NCBI GenBank assembly: GCA_051362555.1
Contig: CM120640.1
Location: forward strand, 18,352,001 to 18,416,000
Direction of reading: 5' to 3'
Source: Lingula anatina
Taxonomy: Eukaryota; Animalia; Brachiopoda
DNA length: 64,000 nt
A program made the translations under genes and the position numbers. The notes under the pieces are model-generated. The model searched no databases and was not told the origin of the DNA. It worked only from the letters and a program-made list of their open reading frames with translations. Each line of letters starts with the position of its first letter. Position 1 is the first letter of the stretch. Shown piece after piece: positions 1 to 13,599 of the stretch.

Positions 1-2968
1 ACATGGTGAAACAACCAATGCAACCAAGATTCAGAGTAATAATAAAAGAGTGAGATAGGTAAGATTATGGAGAAGAGAAGTGACAGTCATATTTTTGTAG
101 GGACAGCAAGGATCTTCATTTTAATGAATTCTCTCAGTTCTGTTTGCATTCAATTTGGTTTCAGTATGAGATTACCAGATCAGAATAGAATGGAAATTAA
201 GGATTCAATTACTTGTTCTCTTGGTTCTAACATTGCTTGCACATTATGTATGTGTATTTCCAAATTAAAATTGGTTGTTGTTATTCTTATTCACCAGAAT
301 GTTGCCAAATATGAAAAAAAAAAAAAAAGAATCAAATCAAAATGTTGTTCTTGTTAAGAATGATTGTTAAGTTTGTATCTAGGGAGGACTTGGTTGCCAA
401 AACAGTCACAAATGAAGTATTATTTTTCTAATCAGCAAGGAAATAAATCTGCCAACAGGTGATTATTTAATAATTAGAGTAGTGATTGTTTATAACCCGT
501 GCTATCATTAAGTATGAAGAAGCCATGACCTATTGAAATTGATATTGAACTGTTGATAAATATCTGAATAGGACAAATCTGGTGATATGTTTTCTCATTC
601 AAACAAGGAATACTTTAAGAAAGGCTATCAGTAAGAAGAACAATTGATTATCTGTTTTTTTTTTTCTGTAGAAAGAAATGAGTGATGACTGTAATCTTGC
701 CATTCATCTCACTTATCATGTTTTGATGGCATTTCTCCAGGTTCTTGGAAGTAAGTTGTTTTTCACCTGGATTGCTCTTGGGTTGTACAGACTTCTACTT
801 TGTTAGAGTTTTTACCTTAAAATTTGGAATTTCCTGGATGGTGTCACAGAACATTGGGGATTATTTAATAAACTGGGTGTTTACTAAACCAGAGTGTTTG
901 CTTGTTTGTTTGTTTTTTCATTCAGTTTTCCTTTTATATCCAGTTGAAGGAATGGAATAAACCATATTAAATTTTTGCTTACAATTAGGAATTTTTGGAT
1001 GGTGAAGCAAAGCATTATGCTGATAGCTATACTGGATTTTTACTAAATTTAGTACTTTGTTATTCATCTCTTATTTAGTGAAGAAAAACCAAATATTACA
1101 TATTTTTCATGCAACTTTCATTTTATTATTTAAAAAATGGACTTTATTACACCATATTTCATTTACTATTCCAGTATGATTGTTATGTTGGCATTTCTTT
1201 TTATTTACATCAAAAATCCAATTTTTTTCTCATCGGTTTTCCACCTTAAGTGGCCCATGAGACCTGGTCAACACCAGCAAGTCCTTTCTTCATACTTTTT
1301 TCTTACAATTTTAAATCATGTTCTGGACAACTAGTACATGGTATCATATATGTCACATGCACAGATGTATTTATCAATCATGAATTTCATACTGCAAATG
1401 TAAGTCTGTCTTTCTCAGCAAGCTGTCACAACAAATACATGGACATGCCCAACACAATATAGATATTTAAAGAATTGATGACCGCATCAGAAAAGGGTTT
1501 AAGCATTTAAAACATAAGAATATATTTTTCAACCTTCTCCAGACAACACTGCTTTTATAATTTATGTAAAAATCTCTATATATTTCCATCAATTTTGAGA
1601 ATAGCACTGCTAATGTCTCACCTGTCAATAGTAAGCCTATATGATAAATATATTTTGGGGAAAATATTATCTTTTCACTGCATTTTGGATATACTGACAG
1701 TTAATAAATAAAAGTTAATGTTATGTGATTTTTATATCTGGGTGATGCACATTGGTGATGCAAAGCTTTTAATATTCATAATATGAAATTGAAATTCAAG
1801 GTACAAATAGTTGTGTATCAGGGAATTCTTTGGCTTTGAATATATCTGTCTTTAGTCCATTAATACATATCACTGATTGTTTAAATTAGAAAAGAGATGA
1901 AATAGATATAAAATCAAAATATTAATAAATACATTAAATACACATGTACAATATGTCACACAGCTTAAAAGATAAATTTGTATTTGAAAATTAAGTTAAT
2001 ATTTAACTGTAACATTAACGTGAATCAGGTGTATGATAAAATACGGAATTAGGAATTTATTTATTTATTTATTTTTGCGCTGAAACAACTCGTATGCGTC
2101 AACTGTATTTCTTGTGCGTCATCAACATCTCAGATTTCTTGGAATCCAAAAAAACATCTCCATTGCAAATTGTAATCATCATACCTACGTAATTTTGCCT
2201 CACATTGTTATATAACGGTGAAGTGTTTGTCTACTCTTGGTAAATGAATCTTCCTTTTCAAAATCAATGGTCAAGGCCATTTTTACAAAGCTTCTAATGT
2301 TTCTGCTAATTGCCTGTCTCTTGTTACGAACAGGGATTAGGTAATTCCATCCTGTTGACATGAAAGGTAAAAAGTATCATTTTGATAATGACGTCAAACG
2401 TGCTGACTGTAATAAACTGTTTTAATTAAAATAATCATATTTCAGATAGGCTCGTAAATAAGAGAAAAAATCGCCACACCAACAGAACAGCAGTTTTGGG
2501 CAAAATTCGCCCTGATCTTGGACCCATCATGCATGATGTCTGATAAGTCCTTGCGCTCATTGACGAAGTAAAGGCGATATCATTCCTTTTGGTGATGCAG
2601 ACATCAGAAGCGGCTCAATCGGTTTACTTCTGTTTGTAGGGTCGCAAATATTCATTTCTTATAGTTCATTTGCCGCAATCCTGGCAACAGCGACAGTGAT
2701 GCGCGTAAATAAAAAACCACAGCCTCGCAAGGCATTGGGTACTGACGAATAGAATCGACATTTTGCAGAGGGCGAGATATTTGCTCTACCGTCCTCATAT
2801 CACTTATTTTTCATTCAGAATAAACGTTGTCACTCGCCATTTAAACTTTTTTCTCGGTTAATTTGAATTAGATTATAAACGATTAAGTATTAACAAGTCC
2901 ATTTTAAAAATTTTGGATATTTCAACAGAAGGGACCGCCTAAATTTATTCTCATCTTCCATTAAAGAG

Positions 2969-2969
<1 letters not shown>

Positions 2970-3028
<59 letters not shown>

Positions 3029-3058
3029 CCACACAATTTCTGTAGAGAGAGAGAGGGA
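2970..3058. repeat. (TC)n/(CA)n microsatellite followed by a short (GA)n tract
   Basis: Directly visible dinucleotide runs. Confidence 0.9.
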
Positions 3059-3073
3059 GAAAAGGATGGGGTT

Positions 3074-3239
3074 CAGGGGCGTAACCAGGCATACGCACGG
3101 ATGCACTGTGCGTACAATTTTTTGAGCCAACCATGATATTATTCTCCATTAATTCAGTGTATTTTTCAAGGAATATAATCGTACCTGGGAATTTTCGAAA
3201 TCTGTGCGTACAATTTTTAAAGGTCTGGTTACGCCCCTG
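3074..3239. mobile_element. 166-bp MITE, hAT-like termini
   Basis: Perfect 15-bp TIR CAGGGGCGTAACCAG (3074) / CTGGTTACGCCCCTG (ends 3239); internal repeat CTGTGCGTACAATTTTT; flanking direct repeat GGGTT (or TGGGGTTCA if the termini are taken 2 bp inward). Confidence 0.8.
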
Positions 3240-6129
3240 GGGTTCATTACCCCATACTTCCAATACCTAATAACCGTGACACGTGTTTTACCCCCTGCCA
3301 TCAGGCATGGATAAAACGGGGCAAATAAGCTGCGGTCCCTAGGCACCAGAACTCGTGGCCTTATTATCTTTCAAATAGCTCATGTATAACTCTGGCAGCC
3401 TCTCCAGATGAATAAATCGATTGTATTCAAGGATACACTAATATTCAGACTGCTAACTTATCTGATATTTTTTCTGAAAAGAGGCTTATGTGAGAGGATT
3501 AAGTCACGTCTACGAATGCTCCCTTGAATTCCGCGGACAGATGCACGTTACAAGATGCGTGAGAATGCCAAGATTTTTATTGTCTGGGACAACGCAATTT
3601 GCGCGTTTTTTCCGTTACCTTGCTTTTTCTTTCTCGACTGCTTAAGCAGACTCGCATTACATAACACATAAATAGCCTTAACTCGTGCCTATATCTTATA
3701 TGGTTCGTGCACGCTGGTAGGGTACTCCGGAGGTAAAGTATGCCCTTTCATCTCAATAATATATTTTTCTTTTTCTTTTTCTTTACTCCTTTCCATTCTA
3801 AGAAAAAATTGTTGAAATAATTTTGTACTTAAACTAAGACGGGGATATTGGTGGAATGTTTATCCTGTTCATTACAACACACACCGATATCTGGTGGCAG
3901 TGTTCAAAGAAGGTATACACAAACCTATTTGCCAGTTATATATGAACTTCCAAACTGTGTGCAAATTTGTTCCACGTTTCCGTCACTTCTTTACTAAATT
4001 CTTTCCATACAAAAACTTCACACGTAACAGACGATGTGGTTAACATGGTTTGTAGCATCACCACGTGCGGCAAACACCCACCCTGCGTTCCACAGGTCCA
4101 TAGAAACCCCCCTTTCAAAACCATCAGGATGCCCTTGCCATTTCTAATTCGTAAAGCGATAAGGTTCCAAGGACCTCTGAAATATAGGGTACAAACTCCC
4201 AGTTACATCCAATATATTAAAGTCAGGGGAAATGTCTAGGGGCGTTCGGTTGTTTGTTTTAACCTGAACCTAACCAGGAAATATCTCACCGGGAACCGTT
4301 TCCAGATATGTTACAGACAGCCAATAGTCCACGTTGACTTTGAGTAGATCTCAAGTACGCTGGAGGGCGTAAGAGTATAAGGAGAAGCGGGGTAACGGTG
4401 TTTTGCTCTCGAGAATATTTTCTTATTTGGTGATGAGGTAAACTTAGATATTGGAGCTAGTAGGTTTGTTCGTGACGTTCCCGTTGAGGTATTCAGTCTC
4501 TTCTAAACATACACATGCTGCAACATGCTCAAATCGTACTGTTTTGGATTCCTCCTTTCTTTCTTTAATAGAGAAAGGAATATCAACGAATTCTTTGAAA
4601 CACAACCCATAGAGGAATCGATGCGTCATTTGCTCCAGTAAGTGTAAACTAGCGGGGTATATTTTAGCATACAGAGTTCGTATAATGACGCTTTATATGA
4701 AATGTGATAAATGGTGATGTGCTTTAAAACATCTCGGTTAAATCGCCCCACTGGGATTTCATCAGTTCGTTTCTAAAAACATGAATAATATATTTCTAAC
4801 TCCAGTTACAAAGAACCAAAACTCCAAAATTCATTAGCAATGCAATTAAAGCGGCAAAAACGCGCCAGCAGTGAGAGTTGCCCGCGACATGATTTATATA
4901 CTAGCAGTCTTACTTGAAGGGCTTGGCTGGAACGTATACTGGAAACGCACGCAATGAATACCACAGAAAAATAACACGAAGAACGATTTATAAATTCTAC
5001 TTTACTGTTGTAAATGCCTACCGATACATATTTACAATGCTACACAAACTAGCGTAAACTAATTAACTACCCAGTTACTAAAAACCTTACTGTTACATAC
5101 AATAAACACCCAACAATGATTCCAAAAAAAAAAAAAAAAAAAAAAATTCACAACTATCGTAAAAATCTACCCAAAGCGTTTCAGGCTGTTCTCCCCTTCT
5201 GTTTCTCTCCATCCAAATTCATATTCGGTCTCTGTGTGATTCTCGCCCGGACCTAAAAGCCGCCTTCATTCCCATTGGGGAAGTCATAGCAATGCCTTTG
5301 TCGGTCCTCCGGGATCATCAAACCTCGCCCATACTGATATCGGTGTATGATAAAACTGCCGGTCGCTGGATTAGGTAACGGTCACTGATATACATGCTCT
5401 GGGCCACGAGCCGCCAGTAATACACATGCCCAGGGACTATCAATGGCATAAATGCACATATTCAGGTGAGCGATGTTCAAAGCTTTGGTCAGGTGAAGTC
5501 GTCGCTTGTCACCACGAAGATTGCCTCAAGGGTCTTAGAGTTCCCATAGCAGAGTTACTTGTACTGAAGAAGAAGACTCTCCCAGCTGGCAGCATTTTTA
5601 AAGTTCCTGACATTTCTGAACATGGACTCCAGTTGTAACAACGTATAACCTGCACCATGTGCCCGAGGCCTGTTTGAATAAAATGTCTGACCCTGAGCAG
5701 ATTGTGAAAATACAAGTTGAGCAATAGTCGAGATCTGAATCATGAATACAGCCTTCATATATTTAGATCACTGCTACACTAACATACACTACGAACATTT
5801 TTCTTCTTTTTTTCCCCCATCTTTTTTTTCAAATATTAGTCTTTATGTTATCTGTCTGCCTGCATGTGTGTTTAGATGTTGCGTGTTCTCATAATTACAG
5901 TCACTATCGATTGAGCAAAGTTGTTGGATTTTCCTTGTATCATTATAAGATTAGCTATCCCGGGTGAAATGATATGAAGATCGGTCAATACCTCTTCTTA
6001 GATAGTCTCCATTTTTATTGGAAGTCTCAAGAGGTTAAAGATTAACGATTCCTAGCAGCATCTAATTGAACTGGAGAGAGAGAAAGAAAGCGTCCAAAAG
6101 ATGTGACTTCTGTGTGTGTTGAAGTTGTC

Positions 6130-9100
6130 TTATAGAAGCAGCTTGCAGACAAGGGCGGTGGCGGCGGTTAAATATAGGGAAGTGACCAGCGTTCCTGCAC
6201 TGCCTTCTGTAGTAGTCTCGGCTCCGGCTGGGGTTGTGCTGTTATTGGGCTCTGGTTCGGCAGTGCTCTCCGCTGGAAAGAAAACATATAATTTAGCTAA
6301 TTCCAATCAGAAGTCTTATTCGCTTTATTCTTTATTAAATGTCCATAAAAAGGCTTCTCATACCACTATACAAATGTACTAGGCTGCTTAGCATAAGAGC
6401 ATAAGAGAACAAGGTCTTTTTTTCTTAGCTAATATGAAATTGTTCTTTGGTATGAAACTACAAAAAGCATTTTGCAGACACTATAAGTATTTTCTAGGGG
6501 GTGGGTATCTTAATCTTGAATGACATGTGTTCTTTCTCTTTTTCAAAAATAGGAAATCTATCACGCCCCCCCCCCACCAAAAAGAAAAAAAATGAAAGGC
6601 CAGACAACATTGACAAGTTGGTTGACGAGCGCGACAGACCCTAATGTTGAGGGTTTACCCCCCTTAAAAAATAAATCAATTTGTTTCAGAAAACTACCCT
6701 AACATTTAGCTGTTATGCTCGTTAATCATCATTTGTATTTTTAAAAAGGGTTTACCGATTCCGTTTACAGAGAGTCGCCGTTGGTTAACCAACTCCTCAA
6801 CTTCATCTGGCCTAAGGTATAGGTTTAGTATATTTGTAACTTTCTGCTAGACAGAAGTGTTTGATTTGTTTTTTAATGAATTTTTTAAAAATACACTGAG
6901 CAGTGTTTTGAGCAATATTGTGTTGGTAGGAGGAGAGACCTCAGTACCATCGTTACGGGCGTCTGTTTTTTTCTAAACGGTAATATTTTCGATATCTTTG
7001 CACCAAATGTCACGAAAACGTCAATCGAAATCAGATTACTCATTACAATAAACAGAATTAACCTCAATTTATGAACACATAGACCATACGATACCGTGCC
7101 AGACATAGTAGGTATGCAAGGTAATTGTGGGTCAAAGCAGTATAATTATCATTTTCAGCTCTTTAAATGTAGGCTCTATACCTTCTTCACTTATTAGTCC
7201 AAACTGGAATATCTTAAACGCATATTCGTTAATAGAAGCAGATGTTTTACATAAGCCAAGGGTGCTAGGAAACAGCCCTTGTGACCATGACTCAGCTGCG
7301 ATCAAAATGACTAAAATTGGATATTGATTTATTTTCCTCGACTTTTTCTTCTCTCGCGTCTGTACTTAAAGCGCCATTTCCTTGAGGGACAGATGTTGGT
7401 TGTAGAATATTCGAAGTATTTCCACTACCATACCGACCAACTCATTAAGACTCGGTTGAATTGTCCGAGGCTGAATTTTGACATTTATTAATCATGTTAA
7501 TGGCTTTTTGAGACAAAGGCGCGCGACAAAAGGATCGTCACTGTATTAACATGACCTCGTCTGTCTCTTTTACATAATTCAGTCGAATAACATTTCGTGT
7601 TAACGGTTGGATATGCAGAACGCATACTTGCTGTAGTTTATAATGTCATCTATAATTGCAACTTTCTAAAGGTCATTGATGTCAAGAATGCTCAAGTCTT
7701 TAACAGAAAACAATTGAATTTACGTGTTCATTATCAAAGACAAAAGTGAGACGTCATTTGATAAGAAACGGCTTGTTTTTCGTCGTAGGCATATTTGTGA
7801 TGGAATGCATGCGCACATACATAATTTTATTGGACAATGGCCAACTATATGTCCAGCAGTGACCAGCGACAGAGGACACAAATAACAATGTCTATGGAAA
7901 TTAATCAGCGCTGTTAGTTTGCAGTTCAAGAGACGAACGCTCTTTGATACTGCCATGTGCTAGTCACGAGGATCTTACACTACATTTCTCTTTAAATTCG
8001 TCATTATTCTCAGCGTTTTTTAATTTAAGCTGGCAGATCCGAGTCTGAATCGCGTGACAGGATAATATTAAAAGCTCACAGAGATATCCATCACTGCGTA
8101 TTCAACTGAAAGGTATAATCTAAGTGGAGGTTGAAAGCGTTGTCAAGAAAAGAGGCAGTTTAGTTACATGCAAAAATATTTACACATATATGTTTTTTAA
8201 GCGTTCAAGCATGGGTTTAATAAATTCATTTTATGCCATTACTTAACATGAGAGAGCCCGAAATAATTTATAGTTTAGCCAAATGGTGGGATAAAATGAC
8301 TCTGACCTAATGCTTATGACATTTAGACGTCTGTCTTGTAGGTTAAGGGGAACGAAGGGAGAAAACCTTTATTTTCTTGGAAAAGCAATTGCCAAAGAAA
8401 ATACCGTCGTAGAAACGCAGCCATTGGGCTTACAAATTTGTTACGCGGATAATAACTGTAATTACTTAAGTTTTTTTAAGACATGGTTAAGAAAAATGTT
8501 TTTTTTAATCCAATAAACGAAAGTATTTGGTATCATTAATTATTTTCCGGCCCGTCCCCGAAGACCGAAGCAACCTTACAGACGCAAAGAGTATAAATAG
8601 AAAATGGAGAGAAAATTGATATGATCGTTACATTGTGCCGCATAATTGCCTCCAAGAATTCTGACGCTGAACACACCGTTCATTGGGGAATCCAAATAGT
8701 TGCCTTTTATCGATGCTTAGCGTGCTCAAGGCTATATGAATGTCGCACGCATATATATATTTTCTTCTTGTCCACTCGGCGGTCGTGCATACTGTCAAGG
8801 ACACACAGAGGCTTTGTTAGGTAGATTTTTTTCATATTTTGATGCAAGGGGTTTCACGCGAAGAGTCAATTTTGGGGGGCGAGCACCAACCACAGCATTC
8901 CAACGCTAATGAATTTTGATTGTGGACACAAACAATACGCGGGCTATTTGTATATTTGGACATGTGCGCTATGATTTGTGGCAAGATGAAAGCGAACCAT
9001 ATTAATCAGATGCCTCTCCTACTACTTTCATTACACAGTACTACACATGTTTTAAGACAAACTGGTGCGTAATTGGGAAAAATAAATAAATGGAAATGGT

Positions 9101-10078
9101 CGGCTGTGTTTAGTAAAGATACAATTATCAAGAGAGCTGATATTATTACTGTTATTAGCATCTCGTATCTGATGGGGCCGTTCTCTGATGACTAAAGCTG
9201 CACCCAAACCTTATTTTTTTTGTCTGAGTCAGTTGGCGTTGTAAAACTGAACTTTGTTCCCTTTCCCTACTGTCGTGACATTAGGCATAAATGTGCGCCT
9301 GATTCACTGCCAAAAGCCAATGCTTTGGTACAGCTTTACCTGCAAGTGATTTTCATATGGCAATGATAATCTCTTTATAATGAAAGAATTGACCTCGGAC
9401 TGTTTTAATAACATTCAGGCGTCTGTCGGCCTCTCCGTTCTGTATAAAGCTCAATTTGTAATATAACTTATAGAGGCGAACCACCATGCTTTGGAGAGGT
9501 ACTTAGCTCAGTATTGTTTGTTTTCACGAAAAACTAATAAAATCAATTTCATTTGAACTCGGGATGCTATATCCACTCTCTCGATGTCAGCTACCTAAAC
9601 AACGCTAGAAGGCAATATTCTCCCCTCCAGCCATCTGCACTTATGATGCTGGACATAAATCAGGGTTGCCAGATGTGGCATTTTCTTGCACCGAGGTAAG
9701 CTTCCAAAGTCATTGTTTCGTTTGCAGTTAGGAAGACTTTTTTTCACATTTTTTTGCTGATGAAAATATATCACCTTCAAGAATGACATATCTGCAACGC
9801 CGGCTGCTAAGATTTCACTTGAAAGGGTTCAGACAGGAAATTAGTTCAATATATGAAGGCGTTGCTTTGAGAGATTCAGTTTTCTCGAGTAGACAGATGT
9901 GGGCGATGAGTTTGAAATTGGAATAAAAACATACATGTATCTACGAGAGATTAAAAAAAAAGACAGACTCACGTTCTGCTGTGGTTTCTGGTTCTGCTGA
10001 TGGCTCAGCCGTGCTTTCCTGTCCATAGGCAACGTACAGCAGACCCATACACACCAAAGCTACGATCCAAAGCTTCAT
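6130..10078 (-). CDS. 82-aa secreted, probably GPI-anchored mucin-like microprotein (2 coding exons)
   Basis: Exons 10078-9973 and 6272-6130 joined by a phase-1 GTGAGT...TTCCAG intron give MKLWIVALVCMGLLYVAYG-QESTAEPSAEPETTAEPESTAEPEPNNSTTPAGAETTTEGSAGTLVTSLYLTAATALVCKLLL*. The (E)STAEP repeat continues across the junction; N-terminal signal peptide and hydrophobic C-terminal tail. Confidence 0.8.
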
Positions 10079-12883
10079 CTTGTTGTCTATTGGACTGTCT
10101 CTGTCTCTACAACTGAACCGGTGTGCCTGAGATCTTCGAATGCCGGCTTCAAGCGCTGACTGCTGATGATTGCGCCAAATATGGTAGACGAGGCCACCCA
10201 GTTCACAAAGGAACAACTCTGATTGGTTAACCTCACGGCCGCGTGCATTAAAACAAAAGACGCACAGTTGAAAAGACTGCACCCCGCCTATGTCAGAGAA
10301 AATGCAAATGCGCGATCATATCCCATCTACTTCAGCTATCAAACGCTTGAACTGAGACCGCACCCTTCTTTACGCTGGGCGATAATGTGATGGAACGACT
10401 TTAAAATGGCTTTACATATGTAGGAATGAAATATATGCATATGTCGTACGGCGATTCACAATTATTTGTCACTGGCCAGAGTGTGTCGTAGGATCGTATG
10501 TTTTAACATAGGTTAGGTATCTATCTACCCTCCCTCCCTTGACACACTGATGTCGTTTTACACACGAGCGAGTTAACCCTACATGCACAATAACGGTTAG
10601 ACAAATCACAAAACAAAAGCTTCTTCGTGAAAAAATATACATATACAGACTAATGTAAAAATGCACTGAAAATGGGAAGTACAAACGTGAAAAGGAGATC
10701 AGAAGGAAAGCCCGAGGGAGGACGATGATGCTTGCTCGTCTCTTTTCTCGTAATAGGTGTTGCCTGGCCCTTTGCAGAATATTGATTTCATAATAGTAGG
10801 TCTACCCGCACCATTGGGAACATTAACGTAAACAAATTATTTGTAAATTATTGGTTTCTTGGAATGTTGTGACACCATTTGCACCATATGGCGCAGTTTT
10901 ATGGATGTCCAGGCAAGGAATTATATCTAATTATATCTAATTCCTTGGCCCAGGTTTCTCATTTTTAAGCAATAAACCAATATTATTGCACAGAGTGTCA
11001 AACCTCTGTTGGTATTTATCTGAAGTACATGACAAATCTGTCAAATGACGTTCAGTTGTTCCTACGGCAGATTGTGTTGTCAAGTCTATTTTTATGTTTT
11101 CAATTGAATATCATAGTCTGAATGTTTCGAGCACGCTCTGAATGCACAGACTGTTGGAATGTTTCAGGTATCTGCATGGCCTTACAACCTTTATGTCCCA
11201 GTATCATACTCAGACACACATGTATTGTATAATAAAAGAGATTTCGGCGACCTCTGCCCACTTAATGAAATGCTAATGACATACTCATTGACGTTGACGA
11301 GCAATTTGTTGCAAGAACGGCAATGTAACATATTTGCCGCGTTAAATTTAACTGAGAAGTAAAATATCAATCTAAAAAGACGAAGAACCCAATCTCAGAG
11401 TATTATGCAATAATTATATTTGTTTTCCCACAACAAATTCTAATTACTGCACTGTACAGCTGACTGTAGTGAAAAGGTTGGTGGCCAGCACTTCAAAGCC
11501 ATTGTGCTTTCACCTTTAAAAGACTAATCAGTAATCTTTCAAAGACTAATCATGCATGTAATCACATAAATCGAATATTTTAAATATTATCTCTCAGCTG
11601 GCTGTTAAAGACCCTCAAAATAACCAGGGATGGCTGGTGCAGGATTGGGAGGGGGGTAAGTGATTGAGCCTAATGAAAATATTTGGGGTAGAAATAAGTA
11701 AGAGTACACCCCTTAATAACACAGACGTTAGTTTCATACAAAAATGTTCCACGCAGCAGCGCGAAGTTGATGATTTATTGCATAAGATTGAGTACTGACA
11801 TTTTCACTGCAAGCCAGTCTGCACCTGGGGAACAGGCGCTGGGTATTGAACTATTAATTTCACATTCAATATTTATGGGGCTTTCAAAAATGTTAGTGGA
11901 ACTGGATAAGAAGAGGGGATCTTTGAGATACCATTTAATCACAAAAAAGGAGAGGAACCAACCAAACTATGGCAGCTGCCCTGTGAGAGATCAGGATGTT
12001 GTGGTGTAACCTTCTGGTTAACATTATGTCTCCTAGACTTGTATGACTTAACATAATATAAAGCATCTTATACCTTTTATTTCAATTTTTCTTTTATCTA
12101 TACAGCCATAAGCATGCATACATCTGCATGAGGTCATAAAATAATCCAGTGCTCTAAGCTTAGGGATAATGCAAATAAATTATATCAAGTACAATGAGGA
12201 CTCCAGGAAATATGTTATCCAATGCTTGGTTTTTACCTAAATTATATTTTTCATAACTTGTATAAAAAATGGAAGAACCTTTTTATATCAGTGCATTCAT
12301 GAGACAGGCATTAAAGCATACAACAAAATGCTAATAAATAATGCTAATCATAATAACAATAAACCATTTAGAACCCTTCATGTCAGTTGTAGAAAGACCA
12401 ATTTTAGTTATTTTGTGATCAAATATCTATCATAAGACTGCACTGCACAAAACCACTGGAAAAAATCATGTATCATTTGCATCTACCTTTGGCTCAAAAC
12501 TATTCATTGTTTTTGAAAAATTCATTGCACAATATCTATAACAGTTGTCTTTACAATTCTCCAAATAACATTCTGAAATAATTCAATATATAAAACAATA
12601 ACGCAACATATCTGATAAGCAATGACCCTACACCAGTTTACATGCATTTTATTTATCACAAGCACATGAGCATCTAGCTGTAGCTGGCAACTTAACAAAG
12701 TTGAAGCAGGGTTGCTTTGTTCAGTAGTTTCATTTCTCATCAAAATTATATACACAGTTAATATACCTTTGTTCATTTATCTGTGTTTATAAATAAATTT
12801 AAGACATTTGGCAATTACACATGGGCAGCGTGTTGTATAAATCTACAAAGTTCTGGGTTCACTACTACACTTTGGAATGATAA

Positions 12884-12918
12884 GTGTGTGTGTGTGTATG
12901 TGTGTGTGTGTGTGTGTG
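12884..12918. repeat. (GT)n microsatellite
   Basis: Visible. Confidence 0.85.
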
Positions 12919-13599
12919 TACATGTGCTTGCATGCACACTAACTCGACTTGTGTTCCTATACTTGACAGTGTGCTGGGACTCTACACCAAAAAGATGGAA
13001 ATTTGTAGAAAGCTGCAAGTTTCAAAAATATATTTGTTATAAATACTTCAGATTGAGAAAATATATTTGGGATATCAGTGTATAAAAATGGGAAAAAAGT
13101 TTAAAATATTTTTCTACCAAACTAAACAAACGTTCATGTCAGGAGCAAATCACATCTCCCACATATCTGCTGCAAGGGAGGCAGTTTTGTTATACATTCT
13201 ATATATATATATATTCATAATGAAATGACTTCACTTTCAATAATCTTATTTCATGCTGTGTTAGGTATGACAGGCCCAAAGGCTGTGCTTGAAAACTATA
13301 AACCCCAAAACACCATGAATGCCAAAAAGCAGGCATTAATATTCTGTGTCAGATTTGCAGCAATTGATAACAAGGCAGCAAAGCTGTCAAATGTACAGAC
13401 AAAAAACAGGAAATAACTATGCACAAAATAGGCTACTGTCAATTCTGATGCAAAAATACATTATGTTAAACTGCAAATTCAACATCAAATTTTAATTATC
13501 CTCAACAATTAATACCAATGTAATTAAAATATGTGACAAGTTTACATTTTGAAAATGTATAACTTCCAGAAAAAGAAGTTTCTTAGACTGCTTTTCCAA

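Noticed and set aside
1-1720. Possible decayed transposase or 3' end of an upstream gene
   Set aside because: Only vague hAT-like words and an AATAAA at ~1703; no frame could be reconstructed
5426-5758. Overlapping 67-71-aa ORFs
   Set aside because: No motifs or splice support; probably the 3' UTR or flank of the microprotein gene
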